Assembly: GCA_030141605.1 (NCBI GenBank)
Contig: JAQGDQ010001765.1
Location: 1-26,317 of the forward strand
Direction: 5' to 3'
Length of the DNA stretch: 26,317 nucleotides
Source: Tubiluchus corallicola
Lineage: Eukaryota > Animalia > Priapulida
Shown: one piece after another, positions 11,661-22,815 of the stretch
How the letters are laid out: the number at the start of each line of letters is the position of its first letter
How positions within the stretch are numbered: the first letter of the stretch is position 1
The notes under the pieces: generated by a model
Told to the model about the DNA's origin: nothing
Database searches by the model: none
The model's input: the letters and a program-made list of their open reading frames with translations, nothing else
Position numbers and translations under genes: made by a program

Positions 11661-12729
11661 CACTGACCGATTGTGTAAGCAAAGCAACAAAGCCACTTAT
11701 TAAATGCTTTTAATTGATTATTATAAATGTCAGGTTTAATTTATTATTCTTTTTATATAAGTTTTACTACTGCAAAATAAAACTTACTAAAGTCGTTAAC
11801 ATTTTAAATGACAGCTGTGCGTCATTGTTGTCAAAATTAAAACAAAACAGACGATTTGAATTCCAAACAAAAAAATTCAGGGAAGCATAAATGTAATTCA
11901 AACTTTCAAATTCGTTTCGCTTGTGAATTTTAGAACATTATAACTGATATAACTCAGGCATTGTTCGTCATCAAATCCACTCGACTAGATGCCTGTTTGT
12001 CGGCATAGCTACCGGCAAGAAGATTTCGGATCGACAGATCGGATTGGAGAGGTTTACTCTCTCAGTTTTAATGCTCTTACTAAGCATTAACTAGGAATTA
12101 TGGAATCCCCCTATGTTTATACACATGCCGGGTTTCCACCACCTCATTATGAATGCCCAAATAAGGACAAATAACCAAATAAGGGCAAATATTGGGTTTT
12201 CTTATAACGAGAGCTACTGTATGCGTAAACTGTGTCAGCAAGACGCAATATCTTCAAGTTTGTAGGCTTAGCGAGGACAACAGTCACCTGTGTCATGGGC
12301 CTATATTGCACAGACATGTTTATAATTGTGCAGGATGAATTTCTAGTCAATTTCACTAACAGCTACTGTTTGAAAAAACCTGACTCTGTCTCTTGAATTG
12401 AAGTGTGTGAAACAGCCTGCTTCGAGATTCTATTTCTCGTGAAAAAGATAATGTAATTTATCTAGGATCAACAGCTTTCATTTAGAAGAATTTTCAACTA
12501 ATACAGCTGAAATTATATATTTTCAGCACATCACAAACAGTTGTCGTAGAATAATGTTAAAAAAACGTATAAAAAGATATGATATAACTACTTTGCTGCA
12601 GAATTCGAATGCCTGTATGGTAGTTATGACAAATCGGATTCCGTAATAAAGTCGCCCTGTTATACCAGTTGCCCCAAAAAAAGACAGCCGGTGTAACGGG
12701 CCAGATGAGAAAGGCACAAGCCCTGTTAG

Positions 12730-12827
12730 TAAGTTTGGGCGTTATATATTTATTTCTATTTGTAAATATATATATATATGTTTTGTTTGTATGTATGTAT
12801 AGATATATATATATATTTCTATCAGTT

Positions 12828-12877
<50 letters not shown>

Positions 12878-12912
12878 AAGAGATAAAAATAAATATATCA
12901 CGCCTAAACTTA
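12730..12912. mobile_element. MITE-like inverted repeat (~30-bp arms) enclosing (TA)n
   Basis: TAAGTTTGGGCGTTATATATTTATTTCTAT vs reverse complement TAAGTTTAGGCGTGATATATTTATTTTTAT; the terminal TA may be a TSD. Confidence 0.65.
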
Positions 12913-13150
12913 AGGCGCCATATGTATATTTACGTCATTTTGTTCGCATTATAATTTTTGCTAGAAACAATTGCAATTGCATTTAACTATATAATTATTA
13001 ACAACTTAAATATATAACCATATTTACACGTATATTAATATAAACGTAATAATAAGTTTACAGCATGAACATGTTAAACTGTTAAAACGTTACGTAACTT
13101 AATATCATATTCCATTTCACTCTTATTAAAATCAGGTACAAGGTTCTCAC

Positions 13151-13202
13151 CCTGAAGTGTCCAGTATAGCTCATGTGCTATGTTAATCCACAGCAGTATA
13201 AC
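13151..13202 (-). other. Candidate 52-nt exon (possible start codon, MSYTGHFR)
   Basis: Acceptor TTTTTAG|G and donor CAGG|GTGAGA only; no homology evidence. Confidence 0.2.
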
Positions 13203-13281
13203 CTAAAAACTTTCGTTTATTCATATAATTTATGTTGTGACCGATGGTCATATTAGAAATATATTTGTTAAGATGTGACAG

Positions 13282-13420
13282 AACTTTTAAATGACATTGT
13301 TGTGATTGTTTACATTGTTTATTCAACTTTAAAATGACATTGTCGCGATTGTTTACATTGTTTATTCAACTTTAAAATGACATTGTTTACGTGATTGTTT
13401 ACATTGTTTATTCAACTTTA
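13282..13420 (+). repeat. 43-bp minisatellite, 3 copies
   Basis: AACTTT(T/A)AAATGACATTGT...GATTGTTTACATTGTTTATTC units. Confidence 0.9.
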
Positions 13421-13539
13421 CAATACGAGGCAACAGATCGGAAACAAAATGTTTAGTTTCGACAGTTCTAATTGCCATACTACAATGTGAATTTTTTGGC
13501 AGATTTAAAACTTGTCGAATCTTTCTAACATCTACAGCA

Positions 13540-13710
13540 ATGCAGTTTGTAGAAATTTACCATTTAAAGCAACTAGCGAACAGCTATGGAAACAGTTACA
13601 GGAATTATCATACAGACAGAGCAGGATTCTTCCAGCAAGCACAGTTTAAAGAAAGCGTAACATGGAATTGACAGATTCAATGCAGTCAAGATTGCATCTT
13701 TTAATTTGAC
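13540..13710 (+). mobile_element. Possible decayed CR1-like LINE ORF2 fragment (EN-RT linker)
   Basis: SEQLWKQLQELSY...GIDRFNAVKIASF resembles the SKKLWxxLKxLGY...KIAxxFN linker pattern; contains a stop and a frameshift. Confidence 0.35.
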
Positions 13711-14233
13711 TTGATTGATGCAAATTATAAATTAGACAATGTCTAAGATGTCGTCTATCACGATGTAGTTTTAATTGTACGTTTTTAATGGTTACTTTGA
13801 GGTTTTTTATAATTTCACTTTTACTGGATAAGCACTTTATGTTGTAGCAGATAAAAAATAGCTAATAAAATCTACTACAATATCTGTACAATCTATTACA
13901 ATATCTGTATTTAATTCCATAGGTAAGAGGTCCGAGGGATAAACGAAGTTATGCACAGCCGATTATATGCAGAACAGTGCTGTCTTTGTTCCTCTGTGTG
14001 GTAGATTTAATGGGGTTCATAAATGCTGACATAATACACATACATTTATATTGTGGGAATTATTATTCTTTCAAACTTCTAGCAAGTTTTTAACTGGAAT
14101 GCTCTGAAATTTCTAATCAATTAACGTAGAATAATTACTGAGTTGCTATGAATGTAATAATATTTTAACGTAGAAGTTATAGAGTATATAGTCAACAAAT
14201 TCATATTTCTACGAGTTGCATTATTAAAAATGA

Positions 14234-14561
<328 letters not shown>

Positions 14562-15018
14562 TGAGACTATAATCTTGTAAACACTCAGATGTTGGCCAGC
14601 GGCAGTGTGAAACTAATTATAATGAAACTCATAACAAATTATAACATACATCGATAAACTAGGTTTGTATAATAAAGAAATATTCGATTTCTTATGCCTT
14701 GCGCTTATACCGTGATAAACAGACTCTCTAATTAATAATTGCGTGGCAAAATCATACAGTAAAAATATTGTTTTTTCTATCATGTATTTACTCTTGTATT
14801 TTTTTCCTTTTTATTCTGAAAAAATTGTTAATTTAGTTGCTGTTTCATAAAAATTAAAAAATAATCAACATAGAGCCGGATTTTCAATGTAACTAGTAAC
14901 TTAGCAAAATTAGGCGTCTAATATAATTCTTAAAACACTATGATTCTGCGTAGAACGCATACGACTTCTCATTAAATAAATAAAAAATATTTTGTTTCTT
15001 TTTTTCTTTTCTTCATAT

Positions 15019-15150
15019 CTGCTTATTTATCACCTATTTGGCTTTTTGTAAATGCATAATTAGTGCTTAAATTACTGTATCAATTTCTTTTCTACTGGTC
15101 TGCTTATTCATTACCTATTTGGCTTCTGTTAAATACATAATTAGTTCATA
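15019..15150 (+). repeat. ~80-bp tandem duplication
   Basis: TCTGCTTATT(T/C)AT(C/T)ACCTATTTGGCTT at 15019 and 15099. Confidence 0.8.
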
Positions 15151-15205
15151 ATGTTCTATGCTGCAGGCTCTGGCTATATAAACTGATCGTATGTTTGTCA
15201 AAATT

Positions 15206-15249
15206 TGCCACTGATGATGACAGGTGTAGCTCTGTCGAAACGTTTGACA
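15206..15249 (+). ncRNA. Penelope-type minimal type I hammerhead ribozyme motif
   Basis: CTGATGA, T, stem II GACAG/CTGTC, GAAA, CGTT, stem I TGCCA/TGACA (one mismatch); AATAAA about 30 nt downstream. Confidence 0.7.
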
Positions 15250-16346
15250 TCATTTTTAACTATGTGAATTGGAAGTTTTAATAAAGTTTGGCTATAATTC
15301 TGTTGTTTTGGCTATAATTTTTTCTAGTAAGATTCTATTTTTATACTTGGTAATATTGCACCTACATTTGAATACCAAACACAATTAAAAAACGCGAAGA
15401 TATCTACATAAATATTGAACATTAATATTTATATTATTAAAATGTTTAGTATAAATATTGTCTGTTATTTGCAATGCTTTCCAGCACTTAAGATTGAAAA
15501 TATGACACACAATATTTAAAGCAAGTAGAGTGAGAATTTTCACTTTAAATTCCTAGTTGCAGACAATATATTTCACCTAGTTAAAACTGAGAATTTAAAG
15601 CGAAAATTCTTAAAAACTATAACCAGAATAAATAAGCAAAAAAAACAAAAAATATAACCTTAATATTTAGGTGATAAAATGATATAACCGATTATAAAGA
15701 ATTCGTAAAAAGCAACTAGTATTTTACAAAAACTGTTGGCTAAATTTCCTAAAAGATTATTAAAATTTCAAGACTATAAATTACTAGATTTTTTAATAGA
15801 GCTAGTCTGTATATTTAATAGAGCTAAAATATTCATAATTTATGAAAACAATCACAGTTTGTTGTTTACAAAAACGAGCAAGAAATTCCACTCATATTCA
15901 TGTGTGCAAATTCCAATCACAAAAGTATAAAAATTGATTATTATAAGTTTTTAAACTCACTTACCTTATAATTCTGAGGTTTTGATTGGATTTTTCTTTC
16001 GCTGCTTGTAAGGATCTGTGTTTGCTGTCAATTTCAACGTTTAAATTTCAGTTTCGGCTCGTTATAAATTATCAGTTTTTATAAATCATCACAAGATAGT
16101 TCAGTAAGATGTACACAGGCGATTATATTTTATTTAATTCGTTTTATAGACTTCTTACAACCGTTCTTGATTCTTAAACTTTGATATTCGTTAATTTTGC
16201 AGTGTCCGCGCGTCCGAAAAACATCGAAATTACTTATAAAATTCTCACAAATGTTTTGAAACGTCTTTCAGACATTCCTAGTTGGTTAAAGCCCAAAGAC
16301 GTAGCAAATGAAGCTATGAGGTTTGGATGAGCAAGAGATAAATTCA

Positions 16347-16388
16347 TCCAAGTGTTTCGACACCTCCCCCTGCCATCTTTTCAATAGA
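16347..16388 (-). ncRNA. Degenerate Penelope-type hammerhead-like motif
   Basis: TCTA-TTGAAAAGA-T-GGCA...TGTC-GAAAC-ACT-TGGA; the core box deviates from CTGANGA. Confidence 0.3.
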
Positions 16389-16414
16389 CACGCGTGACGT
16401 CATCGTCACGTGAC
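16389..16414. promoter_or_regulatory. Cluster of palindromic motifs: CACGCGTG, TGACGTCA (CRE), GTCACGTGAC (E-box)
   Basis: Exact consensus matches in a locally CpG-rich patch; function unproven. Confidence 0.3.
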
Positions 16415-16457
16415 CGCCTGGCTTGTTTACTTTGGCTACCTTGACAACGAGATACTT

Positions 16458-16682
16458 TGTAATGGTAAAATTAACGATGAGTTGGACAGAGAACAAATAG
16501 TATTAGTAGACGAATAGAAGGCTCAGTTTACAATGCGTATGTTTTGCTAGGCGTTATGGGCAACAGCGCCCCTAGTGATTCTATAATAATAGTTAATAAC
16601 CCACATAGCTAGATAACAGAAGTAAAAATTAATAAAAATATTTTACACGATAAAAATGTCGAATAGGGGTTTTCTTATAACA
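16458..16682 (+). mobile_element. Probable solo LTR (Gypsy-like, 225 bp)
   Basis: TGTAA...TAACA ends, TATA-like TATAATAA, AATAAA about 45 nt from the 3' end, near-TSD ACTT/GCTT. Confidence 0.5.
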
Positions 16683-16749
16683 GCTTGTGGTAGCTTAGAT
16701 AAAAGATTAAAATTTATCTTTAGAGACCTATATAAACAAGTCTATAATA

Positions 16750-17105
<356 letters not shown>

Positions 17106-17473
17106 CAGAAAAAAGAAATATATAGATACCAAGAGTAATATAATTGTAACATAATATAATATATAATATAGTACTATAACATAGATTAGGTCTTTCATGG
17201 TAAGAGTTTTCTATTAACTATAATTTATATTTTTATGTCTATAAACAAGCATGTGTATAAACACCTTAATTTATGCAAATTGTAATTAGTCTTTTAACAA
17301 AAATATCATTAAGATTAACAATTAGCATTAAAGTAAAAAACAAACATTAATCTGTTAGCCTTCCAGATCAAGAAAAACACGGGAAAAATGAAAAACAAAA
17401 ATTAGGCAAAACAGAAAATAAAGAATTACTCATTAACTAATAATTTTTAAATAATTTTGAAAAATGAAACAAA

Positions 17474-17927
<454 letters not shown>

Positions 17928-18473
17928 GCGAAAGACACAATTAGCGTGAAATAGTTCAAATAATTTAAAATAAAGAAAAATCAAAGCAAAATGAAACGGT
18001 ACGTAACGCAAAAGATAATTTTATAAAAAGGTTTTTTGTATGTTCTACTTACAAAAGCCGTGATGAATATTAATCACACATTGTTTACTCGCGCACCTAA
18101 CTTTACCTAAAAACGTGATTACAGGTACGATCGCTCAAAAGTGCCATAATTGAAGGTAACAGAGTAATCAACAGAGATTAGTGAGCTTGCCGCGTGCTTT
18201 GTGTAATCACTGCTCTTTTGTTTTCTTACTGTAAATTCAGCCGCTGATAGTTGATAATGCATGTAATCACCCTATGTATGCTGATGATGCATTCATGATG
18301 TAGGAAGTATTCCCTTTTCACAATAAATCGTTCGAAATTCCACAAAAATGTCACGATTGCTCTTTTGATGGTGTTTTATTTGGGGGAAGTGTTCTAAAGT
18401 GGTTGAAATTTCTTTAATCTTTGCAAATTTTCGTTTTGTTTGACTGCAATTTTGTTGTTATTTATTTCTGCAG

Positions 18474-18551
18474 ATAATTATTTGTGACGTTTCGCATTCT
18501 ACAAGCACCATATTAGGAACTGAACTGCAAATATGTGCTTGCCATCTTGAG
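18474..18551 (+). other. Candidate 78-nt exon
   Basis: Strong acceptor TTTATTTCTGCAG|, donor GAG|GTAAAA, open in phase 0 (IIICDVSHSTSTILGTELQICACHLE); no homology evidence. Confidence 0.2.
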
Positions 18552-18726
18552 GTAAAACATTTAGTAAGTAAGCAGTTTATTTTCAAATAGACATCAATTT
18601 ACAAATAGACATGGTGAAATATAATACATATTTTACTTTATATCAAAACTGATTTACTAGTATATTAATATATTAATATACGATATATGTATATATATAT
18701 ATGTTACTATGTTACTGTATATGTTA

Positions 18727-19050
18727 CTATTATATTACTATATATATATTAATATAGTAATATAATAGTAGATCATTTATATATATATATATATAAACAA
18801 TACCAATAGAATAACAATATATATCTATATATGTATATATGTATGTGTATGTGTGTGTGTATGTTGTATGTATATATTGTATACAATATACTATTATATT
18901 ACTATATATATTAATATAGTAATATAATAGTAGATCATTTATATATATATATATATATATATAAACAATACCAATAGAATAACAATATATATCTATATAT
19001 GTATATATGTATGTGTATGTGTGTGTATATATTGCATACAATATATACAT
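18727..19050 (+). repeat. ~164-bp tandem duplication within TA/TG low-complexity DNA
   Basis: AGTAGATCATTT(AT)nAAACAATACCAATAGAATAAC occurs twice. Confidence 0.9.
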
Positions 19051-19937
19051 ACAATATACACACACACACACACATACATATATACATATATAGATGTATG
19101 TATACATATACGTGATGTATGTATATATGTATGAGTTTTGCAAAAAATAAGCAAGACAAGCGAGTATAGATATAAGATTCGAGGTTACAGCTCCAATGAC
19201 GACACCATACTCGACGATCTACACATTAAATGAAAGGCCTCGATCTAGTGTCGTCTATTTGATGGCTTATTTGTCGAATCGGGCCCACCAGGAAGAAACG
19301 GGCGCGACAAACGTCCAAAAATGGCCCTCACATGCTTTTTGCAAAGCCCATTTCTCTTATTTCTCTACGTCGGGAACGGGCCGGGAGTGTTCCTGGTAAT
19401 GATTAGATAGCCCGTTCAAAGATGAGTTCAGCAGGCGTATTTAGAATTCGCTGGAGAGCAACGGCGTCCCGTAACGGGCGTTTTCCCGGACCCAACTCCT
19501 GATTTTGTCGAAATTTTGAACAAACAGCTTGTAGAAAAACCGTTCTATCTGCACTTGGTGATTTTAATGATATTTTGTTCGTTTTTCACAAGTTTTAGGT
19601 CAGCTCATCTGAAGCAATACATCAAATTCTGATCTCCATCGTTCACATCAGCATTGCCGTAGCCGCCTGTGTGAACGAATCCTTACTTTAAAAATGTTTT
19701 TGTACTTGCGATAATTTCGGCTTGGTTATAACTGATGTTAATGTCAAAAAATTAAGCACATTTTTGTTATTTAAATTCTGAATTTTCTGAAATTTTGGAG
19801 GTTTTGTAAAAATTCTGAAGCTGAAGAAAATTATGAGATCTTAAAACAAAAAGAATTTTTTTACAGTTAAAACATCACAACTTTCTTAAAACTTTTAACT
19901 TATATGGTTAATTTAATTAATTAACTACGTAAATTAA

Positions 19938-20401
19938 CCCTTTCATACCCGTTGTATCCCGTGGGATACGAGAATATTTTCTGCCTTTAAAATTAATAAA
20001 ATTTTAAAACTGACAGTTATTTGATCTGTTAATAGTTATTTTGATTTAAACCAATAACAATGGACTAAAAATGGTGATAAAATGGCAAACTAGAAAATAT
20101 ACATAGCATAAAAAACTGCACAAGGTACAGTAGTTTAGAGACGACTTTGTACAGATCAGCATAGCATGCATACTAAATGTCTTAAATACTTTAAAAAATT
20201 ATCAGCAGTTGCAAAATGAAGCACATTTTATGCTTCCATTGAATCTCAATGTATCCCGTGGGATACAGGCTATATTTAGCACGCGGGGCACAGGTAGAAA
20301 AAAATAATATAATTATGTGTAAACAAGAAGTGGACATACTGAACAAAAGTACCAAGCCAAAAAAAATTTTCTTATTAAAAAATAATTTGGGACTGAAAGG
20401 G
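19938..20401. mobile_element. piggyBac-type MITE, family A copy 2 (464 bp, inverted relative to copy 1)
   Basis: TTAA at 19934-19937 and 20402-20405; CCCTTTCA termini; colinear with the reverse complement of 1177-1535. Confidence 0.92.
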
Positions 20402-20569
20402 TTAATAAAGTTGTGGTGTTTTAAGTGCCTGTGGTCAAAAATTGACTTACATTATTCTTTTTTTTTTAAATCTAAAATTAATGATTTTATTTATCTTTTT
20501 TGTTACCATTTTTATGTTTACTCAAATGTTTCAAAAATCCTTTTGATTGGTGGATAATCAAAAATATTG

Positions 20570-20650
20570 TGCCTTGGCATCAATGGTGTGACTTATGCTC
20601 TGTGTGATATCAGGTTCGAGTCCTAGCTAAAGCAAACTTTTCACTGTTTT
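20570..20650 (+). mobile_element. tRNA-derived Pol III head (SINE-like or tRNA pseudogene)
   Basis: A-box-like TGGCATCAATGG 20575-20586, B box GGTTCGAGTCC 20613-20623, T runs downstream; no full cloverleaf. Confidence 0.5.
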
Positions 20651-21111
20651 TTCAAAAGTATTCAAAAGAAAAGAATGAGCACTTTCTAATTCGTCGACTT
20701 CGCTAATTGGGTATTTAATTACTTAATTAACTGCTCGTGCATCTGACAAACCTGCAATAGCCAATATCTGCTATTTTTACGAAACTGATGCTTTACTAAG
20801 CTCTACTCACGGTTTTGTCTTATCAGTTTGTAAACGGGTGTAAAGGGTTAAACGTATAATACAGTATGAATTGTAGCTCACATACACATATGTATATATA
20901 TTGCATGTGTCTAAGGCAAAATTCATCCTGGTTTTATCGTAACTTTAGTAGCAAAAGTAAAGCGTGCTTGTAGAAAAGTTTGTCATTTTTAATACTTTCC
21001 CAAAAGTGTAATCTAAATAATCCCAGTGAATGAATTCTGTTATTACGGACCTTAATTATTATAAATAATTGCTAAGAAGTTTTATAAGCAAATTTGTGGT
21101 GTATGTATTAA

Positions 21112-21715
21112 CCCTTATAGGGTCACCGGAGGGGGGGGTAAAAATTACCCCCAGACCGGTTTTTTGCATTTTACCATTTTACCATACGCATCCCAGTAAA
21201 CCTTTTCTATGACTTTTTCTAAATATGTTTTGTGCACAAAATACTTTCAGTTATTTATTTTAGGCGTATTGTCTCACCACGAAATAAAAGTGAAAATGCA
21301 ATATGTCGATTTTTTTTTAAATTGTCGAAACTTTACTTCGCTTGTCTATACATTATACGGGCGATGTATCTGATAAAACAAAATGTCAGTTACTCAAATT
21401 ACTCCACCTAAAAGAAGAAAGTAGTAGACAATAAATTCAAAATAACAATGATTTTTGCACACGCGCTAGCAATGTCGGTTGTCTACAGTTATTCCAGCAT
21501 AGATAAGGGAACGTAACTAAGTGAATTTAAATTTCGTATTACTAGTAAGTCACATGTCTTTAAGCAGAGGTATAATGTATCCTATGGTGGTCAGCATCAC
21601 GACAAATTATGCTGTTGCTGTTTACTAATCAAAAGTAATTTACGATTATAGTGGGGGTAATTTTTTACCTCACGGTTACCAAAATCCGTTGTAAAAAATC
21701 GTGACCCTATAAGGG
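21112..21715. mobile_element. piggyBac-type MITE, family B (604 bp)
   Basis: TTAA TSD at 21108-21111 and 21716-21719; perfect 15-bp TIR CCCTTATAGGGTCAC; asymmetric subterminal inverted repeats. Confidence 0.93.
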
Positions 21716-21810
21716 TTAAGAACATAATTATATATATACCTGTCCGTGTTGTATATATACTCTTATATCATGATATAGTGCAGAATTTTCGGCCTGCATA
21801 TAAAGAGGCC

Positions 21811-21816
21811 TGTGTG

Positions 21817-21848
<32 letters not shown>

Positions 21849-21980
21849 TGTGCGTGTGTGCGTGCGTGTGCGTGCGTGTGCGTGCGTGTGCGTGCGTGTG
21901 CGTGCGTGTGCGTGCGTGTGCGTGCGTGCGTGTGTGTGTGTGTGCGTGTGTGCGTGTGTGCGTGTATGTATATGTGTATA
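21811..21980 (+). repeat. (TG)n/(CGTG)n compound microsatellite
   Basis: Visible. Confidence 0.95.
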
Positions 21981-22234
21981 TAATGTGCAAAATTAAAGAA
22001 TTATCATCCTCATCGCAAGTTCTATGTACAATAGTTGTGCTTATACTGTACATAAAATCTATCTTATAACGTGCTATACGATACCACAGCTTCATAATGG
22101 TCGAAACATTTATGGTTGCCTAATTACATAGATTATAATGAGGGCGTGGTCAGTGAACACCTATAACGTGCTGTAAACCTGCATGCAGCGAACGTGACAA
22201 CCTGCCTGCTCCTCCGCATCTTCATCCTCATCTT

Positions 22235-22714
22235 CTTGTTGCTGCTGCTCTGTTGCTAATGAGGATGCTACCTCTGTTGCTCTTACTGCTTTTGCTGTAG
22301 GTGTTGTTGAAGCTGATTTTGCTATTACTGTTGCTGTTACTGCTGTTGTTGTTGCTGTTGCTAGTGCTACTTTGCTGTTGTTGCTGCTACTGCTGCTCTG
22401 CTGTTGTTGTTGCTGTTGTTACTACTGCTGCTATTGCTGTTGCTGTTACTGCTGGTGCTGCTACTGCTGCTGCAGTTGTTGCTGCTGTAGCTGCTTTGTT
22501 GTTGTTGTTACTGCTGCTATTGGTGTTGCTGTTACGGCTTTTACTTTACTGTTGTTATTGCTGCTGTTGCTGTTGCTGCTGTTGCTACTGTTGCTGCTTT
22601 GCTGTTGTTGTTGCTGTTGCTACTACTGCTGCTTTGCTATTGTTGTTGTTTCTGTTGTTGTTACTGCCGCTATTCGTGTTGCTGTTACTGCTTTTACTTT
22701 ACTGTTGTTATTGC

Positions 22715-22760
<46 letters not shown>

Positions 22761-22815
22761 CTTCCTGCTTCTGCTGCTTTGTTATTACCGTTGATGTTGC
22801 AGTTGTTGTTGTTGT
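22235..22815 (+). repeat. Degenerate (GCT/GTT)n array with an internal ~150-bp duplication
   Basis: GCTTTTACTTTACTGTTGTTATTGCTGCTGTTGC occurs twice. Confidence 0.9.

Noticed and set aside
13551-13600. RNLPFKAT resembling an RRM RNP2 motif
   Set aside because: No usable donor before the stop and no RNP1; a decayed LINE explains the context better
18281-18310. CTGATGA followed by a weak stem and GGAA
   Set aside because: No GAAA box or flanking stems
20249-20557. 102-aa ORF (and the related 958-1191 ORF start)
   Set aside because: Runs across a MITE boundary with no transposase motifs; chance ORF
20570-20640. Functional tRNA gene
   Set aside because: Acceptor and anticodon stems cannot be formed convincingly and the T-stem is only partial
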